From Gammaproteobacteria bacterium (GTDB taxonomy: Bacteria; Pseudomonadota; Gammaproteobacteria; GCA-001735895): a stretch of 64,000 nt of DNA. Shown in pieces: positions 1 to 9,626 of this stretch. The notes under the pieces are model-generated. The model was not told the origin of the DNA. It did no database searches and was given only the letters and a program-made list of their open reading frames with translations. How positions within the stretch are numbered: position 1 is the stretch's first letter; each line of letters begins with the position of its first letter. The stretch spans positions 23,838-87,837 of the forward strand of contig JAHEKJ010000001.1 of the NCBI GenBank assembly GCA_024638385.1, given 5' to 3'. A program made the translations under genes and the position numbers.

Positions 1-571
1 CGGTTAACAGGATGTCGAGCGTGCAGGTGCCGTGCTGCTTCAGGTCCTGGCGCAGGAAGTCGAGCGCGTCGGCGGCCTCGCGAAAATGCGTGTACTCGAT
101 GTTATTGCGATCGAGAATCGACGTCGTGATCGCGGTCGAGGTTGCGCTCTTGTCGACGTAGAGCACCTTGACCGGGAACTCGTTGTAGCTGCCGAGGTAG
201 TTGAGAATGAAGTCGACCAGCGACTTGTGGCCCTCGGCCTTGTCGAAGTAGGCGGTCACGGCGTCGGTACCTTCCATGTCGGCGCCGATCACGCGCGTAT
301 CGGTGTCGCCCGAGACGACGAAGATCGCGGTGTGCTTGTTCTTCGGCGACTTGCGAATTTCCTCGATCAGCGCGTAGCCGTCGGTGTCGGGCAGCGAAAT
401 GCCGGTGGTGATGATTTCGAATTCGAAGCGCCTGACCGCGGTCAGCGCCTCCTTGCCGTTGCCGCAGGCGATGATGTCGAGATCCGGTGCACGATTGGTC
501 AATTCCTTGAACAGGATGGTGCGCGCCGAGTCCGACGAATCGATCAGTAACAGACGACGTTTGCGTGCCAT
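1..571 (-). CDS. Tandem receiver-domain (PleD-like) protein with degenerate phospho-site; runs off the window start
   Basis: Manual translation from ATG at 571 (absent from ORF track): MARKRRLLLIDSSDSARTIL...IIACGNGKEAL...FEIITTGISLPDTDGYALIEEIRK...AIFVVSG...YFDK, then a second REC start VKVLYVDKSATS...DILLT. Confidence 0.75.
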   Translation of the reverse strand, partial: MARKRRLLLIDSSDSARTILFKELTNRAPDLDIIACGNGKEALTAVRRFEFEIITTGISLPDTDGYALIEEIRKSPKNKHTAIFVVSGDTDTRVIGADMEGTDAVTAYFDKAEGHKSLVDFILNYLGSYNEFPVKVLYVDKSATSTAITTSILDRNNIEYTHFREAADALDFLRQDLKQHGTCTLDILLT

Positions 572-581
572 GGCTTCGAGT

Positions 582-1541
582 TCAGGTCGGTTCGATTCGT
601 CTCAGGTGCCGGGCGACCGCGATCCAGGACCCGGCCAGCCCTAGCAGGGTACTCGATGATATCAGAAAGACGAAATCGTTCAGCGAAAATGTAACCAGGT
701 TCAGCTCGGACTGGTAGAGCAGGTTCAGCCGCTCGAGCGGCCCGGAAATCGCGAGGTAGCCGAGTTCGACGATCAGCCATGAAACGATGCCGCCGAACAG
801 GCCATACCAGACGCCGCCGTAGAGAAACGGCCGGCGGATGAAGGCGTCGGTCGCGCCGATCAGCTTGGTCACGATGATTTCCTGGTAGCGGTTCTGGATA
901 TCGAGCCGGATCGTGTTGCCGATGATCAGCAACACCGCGCAGGCAAACAGCACCGTGACGATGAAGACACCGCGCCGGGCGATCTCGAGGATCGTATACA
1001 GGCGTTCCAGCCACTCGGTGTCGAGCTTGGCGATGTCGACCTCGGGAATCGCCTCGAGGCGGCCGAGCAGGTTGCGCACGGCGAAGGTATCGGCCTCGGC
1101 GAGCGGCTCGACGACGATCGTGTGGGGCAGCGGATTGCGCGACAGCGTGTCGATACTCTTGCCGAAGCCCGACTGCTCGCGGAATTCCTCGAGCGACCGG
1201 TCGCGCGAAATGAATTGCGTCGCCGCGACCTCGTCCATCGCGGCGATTTCCCGTTCGAGCGCGCGCGCGCGTTGCTCGTCGAGGTCGAGATCGAGGAACA
1301 GGCTGATCTGCGAGCTCGAGCGCAGGTCGCCGGACATCGCGTCGATATTCTTGACGAACAGGTAAAATCCGCCCGGCAGCGACAGCGTGATGCCGATCAC
1401 GGCGACGGTCATGATCGTCGTCGTCGGCGCCTGGTAGATCTTGCCGAGGCTGAACACCAGCGATTGCACGTGGTGCAGCAGGTAAGCCGACAGGCGGATG
1501 GCGACCGGTGGCCGCCGGCGGCGCAGGTTACTCGTAGCCAT
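582..1541 (-). CDS. ftsX: Cell division permease FtsX
   Basis: NPLP motif, IGNTIRLDI..R..EI.V.KLIGAT..FIRRPFLY.G; follows ftsE. Confidence 0.96.
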   Translation of the reverse strand: MATSNLRRRRPPVAIRLSAYLLHHVQSLVFSLGKIYQAPTTTIMTVAVIGITLSLPGGFYLFVKNIDAMSGDLRSSSQISLFLDLDLDEQRARALEREIAAMDEVAATQFISRDRSLEEFREQSGFGKSIDTLSRNPLPHTIVVEPLAEADTFAVRNLLGRLEAIPEVDIAKLDTEWLERLYTILEIARRGVFIVTVLFACAVLLIIGNTIRLDIQNRYQEIIVTKLIGATDAFIRRPFLYGGVWYGLFGGIVSWLIVELGYLAISGPLERLNLLYQSELNLVTFSLNDFVFLISSSTLLGLAGSWIAVARHLRRIEPT

Positions 1542-2226
1542 GCCGGATTTCCTGCTGGCCGTGGTCGAGATCGTTCAGAATCAGTTCGCCGCGGTTCAGC
1601 GTCAGCCGCGGCTTGTCGAGCTCGTCGATCAGGCCGAGGTCGTGACTCGCGACCAGCACGGTCACGCCGACGCGGTTGAAATCGACGAAGATCTGCATGA
1701 TCTCGCGCGACAGCACGGGGTCGAGGTTGCCGGTGGGCTCGTCGGCGAGCAGCAGCATCGGCTTGTGCACGACCGCGCGGGCGATGCCGACGCGCTGCTG
1801 TTCGCCGCCGGAGAGCGTGATCGGCATCGATTTTTCCTTATGCAGCAGGCCGACCTTGTCGAGCGCCGCGCGCGTGCGCTTGGCGATCTCGTGGCGACGA
1901 AAGCCCTGGATCAGCAGCGGCAAGGCGACATTGTCGAACACCGGCCGGTCGAACAGCAGTTGATGGTCCTGGAAGATGATGCCGATATTGCGCCGGATAT
2001 GCGGAATCCGGTTGTGCGACACGTTGTTGAGATTGATCCGGTTGAGCAGGGCCTGGCCGCGGGTCGGCTTTTCGATCAGCGCGACGATCTTCAGCAGCGT
2101 GCTCTTGCCGGCGCCCGAATGCCCGGTCAGGAACGCCATCTGACCGTCGGCGAGATTCAGCGACACGTTCGACAGCGCCTCGTAGCCGCCCTCGAAACGC
2201 TTGGTGACGTTATGAAATTCGATCAT
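1528..2226 (-). CDS. ftsE: Cell division ATP-binding protein FtsE
   Basis: [11 protein letters not shown], Walker [29 protein letters not shown]; start reassigned to ATG 2226. Confidence 0.96.
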   Translation of the reverse strand: MIEFHNVTKRFEGGYEALSNVSLNLADGQMAFLTGHSGAGKSTLLKIVALIEKPTRGQALLNRINLNNVSHNRIPHIRRNIGIIFQDHQLLFDRPVFDNVALPLLIQGFRRHEIAKRTRAALDKVGLLHKEKSMPITLSGGEQQRVGIARAVVHKPMLLLADEPTGNLDPVLSREIMQIFVDFNRVGVTVLVASHDLGLIDELDKPRLTLNRGELILNDLDHGQQEIRHGYE

Positions 2227-2239
2227 AGAAAGGGGCGCA

Positions 2240-3205
2240 TCAATCGTCTGCGAGCAGAGCCTCGACAAAAGCCTGGTGTTCGAAGGGCCGCAGGTCGGCG
2301 GCGGTTTCGCCGACGCCGATGAAGCGAATCGGCGTCGCCAGCTGTTCGGCGACCGCGAAGATCATGCCGCCCCTGGCGGTGCCGTCGAGCTTGGTCAGCA
2401 CGATGCCGCTGATGCCGATCGACTGCTTGAACTGGCTCGCCTGCGCGAGCGCGTTCTGCCCGGTGCCGGCGTCGAGTACGAGCAGGGTCTCGTGCGGCGC
2501 GTCCGGGTCGAGCTTCGCCAGCACGCGCTTGATCTTGGCGAGTTCGTCCATCAGGTTCGCCTGGGTGTGCAGGCGGCCGGCGGTGTCGGCGATCAGCACG
2601 TCGATGCCGCGCGCCTGCGCCGACTGCAGCGCGTCGAAAATCACCGACGCCGAATCGGCGCCCTGGCCCTGGCGGATCACCGGCACGCCGAGGCGCTCGC
2701 CCCAGGTTTCGAGCTGCTCGACCGCCGCCGCGCGAAAGGTATCGCCGGCGGCGAGCATGACCTTGAGGCCGTCGTCGCGGAAGCGCTGCGCGAGCTTGCC
2801 GACGGTCGTCGTCTTGCCGGCGCCGTTGACGCCGACCATCAGGATCACGAACGGCCGGCGCGTGCGATCGATGACCAGCGGTTCGGCGCAGGGCGCGAGA
2901 ATTTCGGCCATGGTCGCGCCGAGCGCGTCGATCAGGCCGTCGCCGTCGCCGAGTTCGCGCCGCGCGACGCGCTCGGTCAGGCGCGCGGTGATGCGCGCGG
3001 TAGCGTCGACGCCGACGTCGGCCAGCAGCAGCCGGTCCTCGAGCTGCTCGCGTAACTCGTCATCGATCTGCTTCTTGCCGAGCAGCATATCGGCGAGCCC
3101 CGACGACAGGTTGGCGCGGGTTTTCGCGAGCCGCTGGCGCAGTGACGCGAACAACCCGGCGGGCGCCTGCGCCGCTTCCCGGGGGGGAGATTTGAATCCA
3201 AACAT
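2240..3205 (-). CDS. ftsY: SRP receptor FtsY (short, no long acidic N-domain)
   Basis: GVNGAGKTTT, DTFRAAA, DTAGRL, TKLDGTARGG. Confidence 0.96.
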   Translation of the reverse strand: MFGFKSPPREAAQAPAGLFASLRQRLAKTRANLSSGLADMLLGKKQIDDELREQLEDRLLLADVGVDATARITARLTERVARRELGDGDGLIDALGATMAEILAPCAEPLVIDRTRRPFVILMVGVNGAGKTTTVGKLAQRFRDDGLKVMLAAGDTFRAAAVEQLETWGERLGVPVIRQGQGADSASVIFDALQSAQARGIDVLIADTAGRLHTQANLMDELAKIKRVLAKLDPDAPHETLLVLDAGTGQNALAQASQFKQSIGISGIVLTKLDGTARGGMIFAVAEQLATPIRFIGVGETAADLRPFEHQAFVEALLADD

Positions 3206-3273
3206 CGTTTCTCGTGGGTCACCGATTTCAGGCACAATATGCTATCAGAAAGGCACTCGTCTGTACCCAAAGC

Positions 3274-3840
3274 TTGGCTAAATCGGAAATCAGAATCATC
3301 GGCGGCCGCTGGCGCGGGCGCAAACTGCCGGTCGCCGACGTGGCCGGCCTGCGGCCGACCCCGGATCGCGTTCGCGAGACGCTGTTCAACTGGCTGTCGG
3401 CGGATTGTCGCGGCGCGCACGTGCTCGATTGCTTCGCCGGCAGCGGCGCGCTCGGTTTCGAGGCGGCCTCGCGCGGGGCGCGCCGGGTCGTGCTGCTCGA
3501 GCGCGAGCGCCGCGCGCTCGACGGCCTGTTCGTCCAGGCCGCGCGCCTCGGCGACGATACGATCGAAATCGTCGCCGGCGACGCGCTCGCATCGCTGCCC
3601 CGGCTCGGCGGCAGTTTCGACCTCGCTTTCATCGACCCGCCCTACGACCAGGGCTCGCTGCGCGCGCGATCCTTCGCGCGTCTCGAAGACGCCGGGCTGC
3701 TCGCCGACGGCGCGCGGATCTACTTCGAGTGGCCGCGCGGCGAGGCTTTCGAGCTGCCGTCGGCGAAGCTCGGCTGGCTCAAGCGCAAGCGGGCCGGGCA
3801 GGTCAACTACGCTATAGCCGAATGGCGCTCGACTGGTTAA
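3274..3840 (+). CDS. rsmD: 16S rRNA m2G966 methyltransferase
   Basis: IRIIGGRWRGRKL, LRPTPDRVRETLFNWL, LDCFAGSGALG, DPPY; probable TTG start. Confidence 0.94.
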   Translation: MAKSEIRIIGGRWRGRKLPVADVAGLRPTPDRVRETLFNWLSADCRGAHVLDCFAGSGALGFEAASRGARRVVLLERERRALDGLFVQAARLGDDTIEIVAGDALASLPRLGGSFDLAFIDPPYDQGSLRARSFARLEDAGLLADGARIYFEWPRGEAFELPSAKLGWLKRKRAGQVNYAIAEWRSTG

Positions 3841-3886
3841 ACTCTGACGTTTGCGACCCGATCGAGACGACGATACGAGGCCCTGC

Positions 3887-4375
3887 ATGACCGCAATCGC
3901 GATTTATCCCGGAACCTTCGATCCGGTGACCCGGGGGCACATCGATATCTGCGAGCGCGCGCTCAAGATGTTCGACCGGGTCGTGATCGGCGTCGCCGAC
4001 AGCCCCGCCAAGCAGCCGTTCTTCAATCTCGACGAACGCTACGACATGCTCAAGACGGTGTTCGCCGAAAACGGCCGGATCGCGATCAAGCCGTTTTCCG
4101 GGTTGCTGATCGACTTCGCGCGCGATAGCGGCGCCGCCGTGATCCTGCGCGGCCTGCGCGCGATTTCCGATTTCGAATACGAGGTCCAGCTCGCCGGTAT
4201 GAACCGCTCGCTCGCGCCCGAGATCGAGACCGTGTTCCTGACCGCGGCGCAGCGTTACGCGTTCGTCTCGTCGAGCCTGGTGCGCGAGATCGCGCGCCTC
4301 GACGGCGACGTCTCCGATTTCCTGCACCCGGAAGTGCTCAAGCGCCTGACCGCCAAGCTCAAGGCCAGCAAATAG
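3887..4375 (+). CDS. coaD: Phosphopantetheine adenylyltransferase
   Basis: YPGTFDPVTRGH, RGLRAISDFEYE, SSSLVREIA. Confidence 0.97.
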   Translation: MTAIAIYPGTFDPVTRGHIDICERALKMFDRVVIGVADSPAKQPFFNLDERYDMLKTVFAENGRIAIKPFSGLLIDFARDSGAAVILRGLRAISDFEYEVQLAGMNRSLAPEIETVFLTAAQRYAFVSSSLVREIARLDGDVSDFLHPEVLKRLTAKLKASK

Positions 4376-4645
<270 letters not shown>

Positions 4646-4646
4646 C

Positions 4647-6329
4647 GTGACACGCCGCGACGGCATTGCCCTGCGATTCTCCGGCGGCCTGTTGCTGTGC
4701 CTGTTGCTACTCGCGGTCCCGGCGCGGGCGGCGCAGTTCGCGGTCGCGTCGGCGCATCCGCTGGCGACCGGGGCCGGTATCGAGATCCTGCGCGACGGCG
4801 GTAACGCCTTCGATGCCGCGATTGCGGTAACCGCGGTGCTGGCCGTGGTCGAGCCCTACTCGTCGGGTCTCGGCGGTGGTGGTTTCTACCTGTTGCACGA
4901 CGCCACGCGCGACCGCCAGGTCATGCTCGACGCGCGCGAGCGCGCGCCGCTGCGCGGGCATCGCGACATGTACCTCGACGCGCAGGGCGAGGTCGTCAGC
5001 GACTGGTCGATGAACGGCGCGCTGGCGGCGGGTATTCCCGGAATTCCGGCGGCCTTCGAACACCTCGCGCGGCACTACGGCAAGTTTCCGCTCGAGCGCT
5101 CGCTGGCGCGCGCGATCGAGCACGCCGACGACGGCTTCGAGATCGAGGATTACTACCGGCGTATGGCCGGCTTTCGCCACGAAGTGCTCAAACGCTATCG
5201 CTCGACCCGCGCGATTTTCCTGCGCGACGGCGAACTGCCGCCGAGCGGCACGGTGATCCGGCAACCCGATCTCGCCGCTACCCTGCGCGCGATCGCGCGC
5301 GACGGTCGCGACGGCTTTTATCGCGGACCGGTCGCGGCGAAGCTGGTCGACGCGGTCCGGGCCAACGGCGGCATCTGGACACTGCAGGACCTCAACCAGT
5401 ACCAGGTCGTCGAGCGCGAGCCGGTGCGCTTCCGCTACCGTAACGCCGACATCGTCGCCGCGAGCCTGCCTTCGTCGGGCGGCGTCGTGCTCGCCGAGAT
5501 CTTCAACATGCTCGACGAGCTCGGTCATCACAAGGCCGGCAAGGTCGAGCGCGTGCACCAGCTGGTCGAGGCGATGCGGCGCGCCTACCGCGATCGCGCC
5601 GAGTATCTCGGCGACACCGATTACGTCGACGTGCCGGTGGACTTGCTGACGAGCCGCGCGCACGCGCGCTCGTTGCTGCGCAACTACTCGGCCACGCGCG
5701 CCACCCCGAGCACCGAGCTGCGCGCGATCGCCGCCGCGAGCGGCGGGTCCGACACGACGCATTTCTCGATCGTCGACGCCGTCGGCAACCGCGTCGCGGC
5801 GACGCTGTCGATCAACTATCCGTTCGGATCGGGACTCGTCGCCGATGGCACCGGCGTGTTGCTCAACGACGAGATGGACGACTTCTCGGCGAGCCCCGGC
5901 GTGCCCAACGCCTACGGCCTGCTCGGCAGCGACGCCAACGCGATCGAGCCGGGCAAGCGCATGCTGTCGAGCATGACGCCGGCCTTCGTGCGCACGCCGG
6001 CGCGCACGCTGGTCTCGGGCACGCCCGGCGGCAGCCGCATCATCACGATGCAGTTGCTGGCGATGCTCGAGTTCCTGCGCGGCGCCGATGCGGCGACGAT
6101 CGTCGCGCGGCCGCGCTTTCACCACCAGTACTTTCCCGACGCGATCAGCCACGAGGACAACGCCTTCGAGCAGGCCATGATCGACGCGCTCGAAAAGCTC
6201 GGCCACGAACTCAAACCCATGTCGTACCGTTACGGCAATATGCACGCGATTGTCATCGACAACGCCAGCGGCCGTCTCGACGCGGCATCGGATCCGCGCG
6301 TGATCGGCGCGGCGGCGGTCGCCGAGTAG
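4647..6329 (+). CDS. ggt: Gamma-glutamyltransferase
   Basis: Signal peptide, GGNAFDAA, SGLGGGGF, autocleavage TTHFSIVD, LNDEMDDF, PGKRMLSSM, GTPGGSRI. Confidence 0.95.
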   Translation: MTRRDGIALRFSGGLLLCLLLLAVPARAAQFAVASAHPLATGAGIEILRDGGNAFDAAIAVTAVLAVVEPYSSGLGGGGFYLLHDATRDRQVMLDARERAPLRGHRDMYLDAQGEVVSDWSMNGALAAGIPGIPAAFEHLARHYGKFPLERSLARAIEHADDGFEIEDYYRRMAGFRHEVLKRYRSTRAIFLRDGELPPSGTVIRQPDLAATLRAIARDGRDGFYRGPVAAKLVDAVRANGGIWTLQDLNQYQVVEREPVRFRYRNADIVAASLPSSGGVVLAEIFNMLDELGHHKAGKVERVHQLVEAMRRAYRDRAEYLGDTDYVDVPVDLLTSRAHARSLLRNYSATRATPSTELRAIAAASGGSDTTHFSIVDAVGNRVAATLSINYPFGSGLVADGTGVLLNDEMDDFSASPGVPNAYGLLGSDANAIEPGKRMLSSMTPAFVRTPARTLVSGTPGGSRIITMQLLAMLEFLRGADAATIVARPRFHHQYFPDAISHEDNAFEQAMIDALEKLGHELKPMSYRYGNMHAIVIDNASGRLDAASDPRVIGAAAVAE

Positions 6330-6335
6330 CCTGTC

Positions 6336-7100
6336 TCAGTCGGCGTAGCCCGGCATTTGCCGGTCGAGCACGCGCTTCATCGCGGCGAAGAAGAGGTCGT
6401 CTCGCCGGTCCTTGTGGCGATCGTTGGGGTCGCGGGTCTGCACCCGTCGGATGACGTCGTCGGCGATCGGCGCGAGCCGCTGGCCGGTACTCATCGCGCG
6501 GATCTGCGCGCGGCAGACGCGCTCGAGCAGGTACAACCTCCGGTAGGCACGAGCGATCGTGTCGTCCGCGACCAGCACGCCGTGATTTTTCAGGAACATG
6601 ACGTCTTTGTCGCCGAGCAGCGCGGCGAGTCGCTCGCCTTCTTCGAGCGAATCGGCGGTGCCCCGGTAGTCGTCGTCGTAGGCGATGCGCCCGGCGAAGA
6701 ATGCCGAGGTCTGGCAGGCCGGGATCAGGCGGTTGTCGTCTAGCATGTTGAGCGCGAGCGCCCAGTTCTGGTGGGTATGGAAGACGACGCGGCGGCCGGA
6801 GATCCGGTGCAGGGGGGCGTGGATGCATTGCGCCGACAATTCGACGACGCCGTCGCCGTCGAGCGTTTCGCCGGCCTCGTCGAATACCATCAGGTCACTG
6901 GCGCGGGCTTCCGACCAGTGCAGGCCGAACGGCAGAACCAGGTAGCGGTCTTCGTGCCCCGGCACGGTCACGGTGAAATGATTGTCGATCCCCTCCTCGA
7001 GCTCGTGATAAACCGCGAGCCGCAAGGCCGCGGCGAGATCGATCCGCGCCTGGGCGACCGGATCGAGATTGCTGTCGATGGCGTGAATGGACATGCTCAC
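6336..7100 (-). CDS. Class II aldolase/adducin family protein
   Basis: RIDLAAA, NHFT, IHAPLH, VFHTH, LKNHG metal-binding histidines. Confidence 0.88.
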   Translation of the reverse strand: MSMSIHAIDSNLDPVAQARIDLAAALRLAVYHELEEGIDNHFTVTVPGHEDRYLVLPFGLHWSEARASDLMVFDEAGETLDGDGVVELSAQCIHAPLHRISGRRVVFHTHQNWALALNMLDDNRLIPACQTSAFFAGRIAYDDDYRGTADSLEEGERLAALLGDKDVMFLKNHGVLVADDTIARAYRRLYLLERVCRAQIRAMSTGQRLAPIADDVIRRVQTRDPNDRHKDRRDDLFFAAMKRVLDRQMPGYAD

Positions 7101-7107
7101 TCTCCAG

Positions 7108-7193
7108 ATTCGGGGGACATTTTACCTGACTACCTCAACTATGCACCACTTTGAGGCGGAATTAGGGTAGTCAGGTAAACTGTCCCCCTAATT
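7108..7193. repeat. Palindromic REP/MITE-like element, copy 1
   Basis: Arms gggggacattttacctgactacc / ggtagtcaggtaaactgtccccc (1 mismatch) around an AACTATGCACCA core; homologous to 27657-27743. Confidence 0.85.
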
Positions 7194-7194
7194 G

Positions 7195-8004
7195 TCAGGT
7201 CTGGCAGGCGGGGCAGTAGTAGGTGGCGCGCTGGCCGATGACGGCCTGGCGGACCGGGGCGCCGCAGGCCGGGCAGGCGCCGGTATTGCCGTACACCTTG
7301 AGTTCGTTGCGGAAGTAGCCCGGCTTGCCGTCGGCCCGGGTGAAGTCCCTGAGCGTCGTGCCGCCGTGCGCGATCGCGTCGCTGAGCACGGCGCGCACCG
7401 CGTCGACCAGCCGCGCCGCGCGCGGTTTACTGATGCGCCCGGCCGCGCGCCCGGGACGGATGCCGGCGAGGTAGAGCGCTTCGCTGGCGTAGATATTGCC
7501 GACGCCGACGACGACGTGGCTGTTCATCAACAGGTTCTTGATCGCGACCTTGCGCCCGCGGCAGCGCCGGTAGAGATAGCCGGCGTCGAATTCGTCGCCG
7601 AGCGGTTCGGGGCCGAGGCTCGCGAGCAGCGGATGCGCCAGCGGATCTTCGGCGCTGTAAAGCAATGCGCCGAAGCGTCGCGGATCGCGGAATTTCAGCG
7701 CCTGGCCATCGTCGAGCTCGATCTCGACGTGCTCGTGCGGCGCCGGCGGCGTGCCGCGCGGCAAAATCCGCAGGCTGCCGGACATGCCGAGATGCCAGAT
7801 CAGGTGGCCGCGATCGAGTTCGAGCAGCAGGTACTTGCCGCGGCGCGCGACCGCGACGATCTCGCGCCCGGCGAGATTCGCGATCTCGGGGCTGACTGGC
7901 CAGCGCAGGCGGGTATCGCGCAGGATCAGGTCGGCGATGCGCCGGCCCCGCAGGTGTGGCTCGATACCGCGCCGCGTGGTTTCGACTTCAGGCAACTCCG
8001 GCAT
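7195..8004 (-). CDS. mutM: Formamidopyrimidine-DNA glycosylase
   Basis: MPELPEVET, RRGKYLL, HLGMSG, DPRRFG, GVGNIYASE, C-terminal zinc finger CPAC...CPACQ. Confidence 0.97.
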   Translation of the reverse strand: MPELPEVETTRRGIEPHLRGRRIADLILRDTRLRWPVSPEIANLAGREIVAVARRGKYLLLELDRGHLIWHLGMSGSLRILPRGTPPAPHEHVEIELDDGQALKFRDPRRFGALLYSAEDPLAHPLLASLGPEPLGDEFDAGYLYRRCRGRKVAIKNLLMNSHVVVGVGNIYASEALYLAGIRPGRAAGRISKPRAARLVDAVRAVLSDAIAHGGTTLRDFTRADGKPGYFRNELKVYGNTGACPACGAPVRQAVIGQRATYYCPACQT

Positions 8005-8005
8005 G

Positions 8006-8794
8006 TCAGCGCTCGAGAAAAACCCAGGCCCAGCCGAGTCCGACCATCCAGGCCTCGGTCTCGGAGACCAGCGGGCTGTCCTCGATCTCGCTGTCGCGCA
8101 GGCTGTCGTAGCGCAAAAAGCCGCCGACCCAGTATTCGCCGATTCGCCGGCTCCAGGTGAACTCGCTGCGCAGTCCGCTGTAGCCGCCATCGGCGTCGTA
8201 GGCGGGGCGTCCCGCGATGGCGTCGGCGGGTGCGACCGAGTAAAAATACTCGTGGTGCTCCTCGCTCGAGTAGACCGGACCGAAGTTGAAACGCAGCTTC
8301 CACTCGCCCAGCGCGCGCGCCGGCTTGCGCCACGATAAGCGCGGCTGGAACACGCGGCCGATACTTTCGAGTTCGCCGTCGATCGTATAGGCGAAGCGCA
8401 GCGGCAGGTCGAGCCACCAGGCGCTGTCGTCGAACTCGTAGAACCGGTAGTTCAGCGACGGTCCGATCTCGATGATCGCGTCGAGTTCGTCCATGCCGGC
8501 GCGTTCCGGCGTATCCTCGTCGACCGGCAACGACAGGTTGCCGCTGATCGCGATCAGCAGGTCGGAGCGGTCGAGCAAAATGCCCTGTACGCCATCGTCG
8601 ACTCGCAGCCGGTCGCTACGGTACTTCAGATAGGGAGCGACGATCAGGTACGACGAGTCGCCGCGGGAGCCGCGATAGTCGGAGGCTTCGAGCCCGACCA
8701 GGCCGACGCCGAGCTCGAGCCGCGGCAATGCGGCTTCGTCGGCGGTCGCGCTAGCGGCGGCGAACAGCAGCGCGAGGCTAGCCGGTATTTTCAT
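8006..8794 (-). CDS. MipA/OmpV-family outer membrane beta-barrel
   Basis: Signal peptide MKIPASLALLFAAASATA, DYRGS, R.GM.ELD..IEIGP, aromatic alternating C-terminal strand. Confidence 0.75.
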   Translation of the reverse strand: MKIPASLALLFAAASATADEAALPRLELGVGLVGLEASDYRGSRGDSSYLIVAPYLKYRSDRLRVDDGVQGILLDRSDLLIAISGNLSLPVDEDTPERAGMDELDAIIEIGPSLNYRFYEFDDSAWWLDLPLRFAYTIDGELESIGRVFQPRLSWRKPARALGEWKLRFNFGPVYSSEEHHEYFYSVAPADAIAGRPAYDADGGYSGLRSEFTWSRRIGEYWVGGFLRYDSLRDSEIEDSPLVSETEAWMVGLGWAWVFLER

Positions 8795-9626
8795 CGGTGC
8801 GCGGCGCGAGCAGGCGATAATAGGCGTCGCCCGGGAAATGGTACTGTAACCCGATGGCGGGATTCGCGATGACGATCTCGGGCTCGATCGACATGACGAA
8901 GAACTCGTGCCGGCGACCGTCGGCAAGCCGTGCCTCGACCTTGTGTTTCGGCGTCGCCGATGCGGTGTAGCGCTGGACCCGCGACGCCTCGAGACCCTGC
9001 CAGTTGTCGACCAGTGATTCGAGCGCGGTAGCGTCCGCCACGCCTTCACCCTGCCAGCGGCCGTCGTCGCCGCGGGCGATTTCGGCCATCGGCAGTTTCA
9101 GCGCGTCGAGCGCCAGGCTACGCGGCAGCAGGCGGCGATCGACCAGGCCAACGAGTCCCTGGGCGATGAACGGCAGGTGGGCGTCGGGCAACAGGTAGAC
9201 CGTCGAGTCGATCATGACGTAGCGGCGCTGGCCGATGTTGTTGGTTGCGCCGAACAGGACCGAGGTATCGTCGAGCCGCAGGATCGCGCGCGGAAAGTCG
9301 AGGCCGATGTCCGCCGCGTCGATTTCGTCGGCCGGCAGCCGCGACTCGGTGGACGCGTTGGCGACGTCGAGCAGACGCTCGACGTTGATGGCGTTGGCCG
9401 GCCAGTTCACCGGCGCTTCCAGCGTCCAGCCGGAGCCGGTACGCGCGAGCGCCAGCGATTCGTCGGCGATCTGGATTTCAATGCGGTTGACGTCGGCCGC
9501 GCGCAGCGTCGTCACGCGCTCGCTCTTGTCGCGCCCGGTTTGCACGTCGAAGCGATTGCCGACGTAGGTAAACAGCACGATCAGCACGATCAGCACGTAG
9601 TTGATGATCCAGCGCCGCGACAGCAT
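8778..9626 (-). CDS. DUF4340-like membrane-anchored periplasmic protein
   Basis: N-terminal TM, W.LEAPV.WPA, GLD.P, FG..N..G.RRYV; usual position after GldG-like gene. Confidence 0.7.
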   Translation of the reverse strand: MLSRRWIINYVLIVLIVLFTYVGNRFDVQTGRDKSERVTTLRAADVNRIEIQIADESLALARTGSGWTLEAPVNWPANAINVERLLDVANASTESRLPADEIDAADIGLDFPRAILRLDDTSVLFGATNNIGQRRYVMIDSTVYLLPDAHLPFIAQGLVGLVDRRLLPRSLALDALKLPMAEIARGDDGRWQGEGVADATALESLVDNWQGLEASRVQRYTASATPKHKVEARLADGRRHEFFVMSIEPEIVIANPAIGLQYHFPGDAYYRLLAPRTDENTG

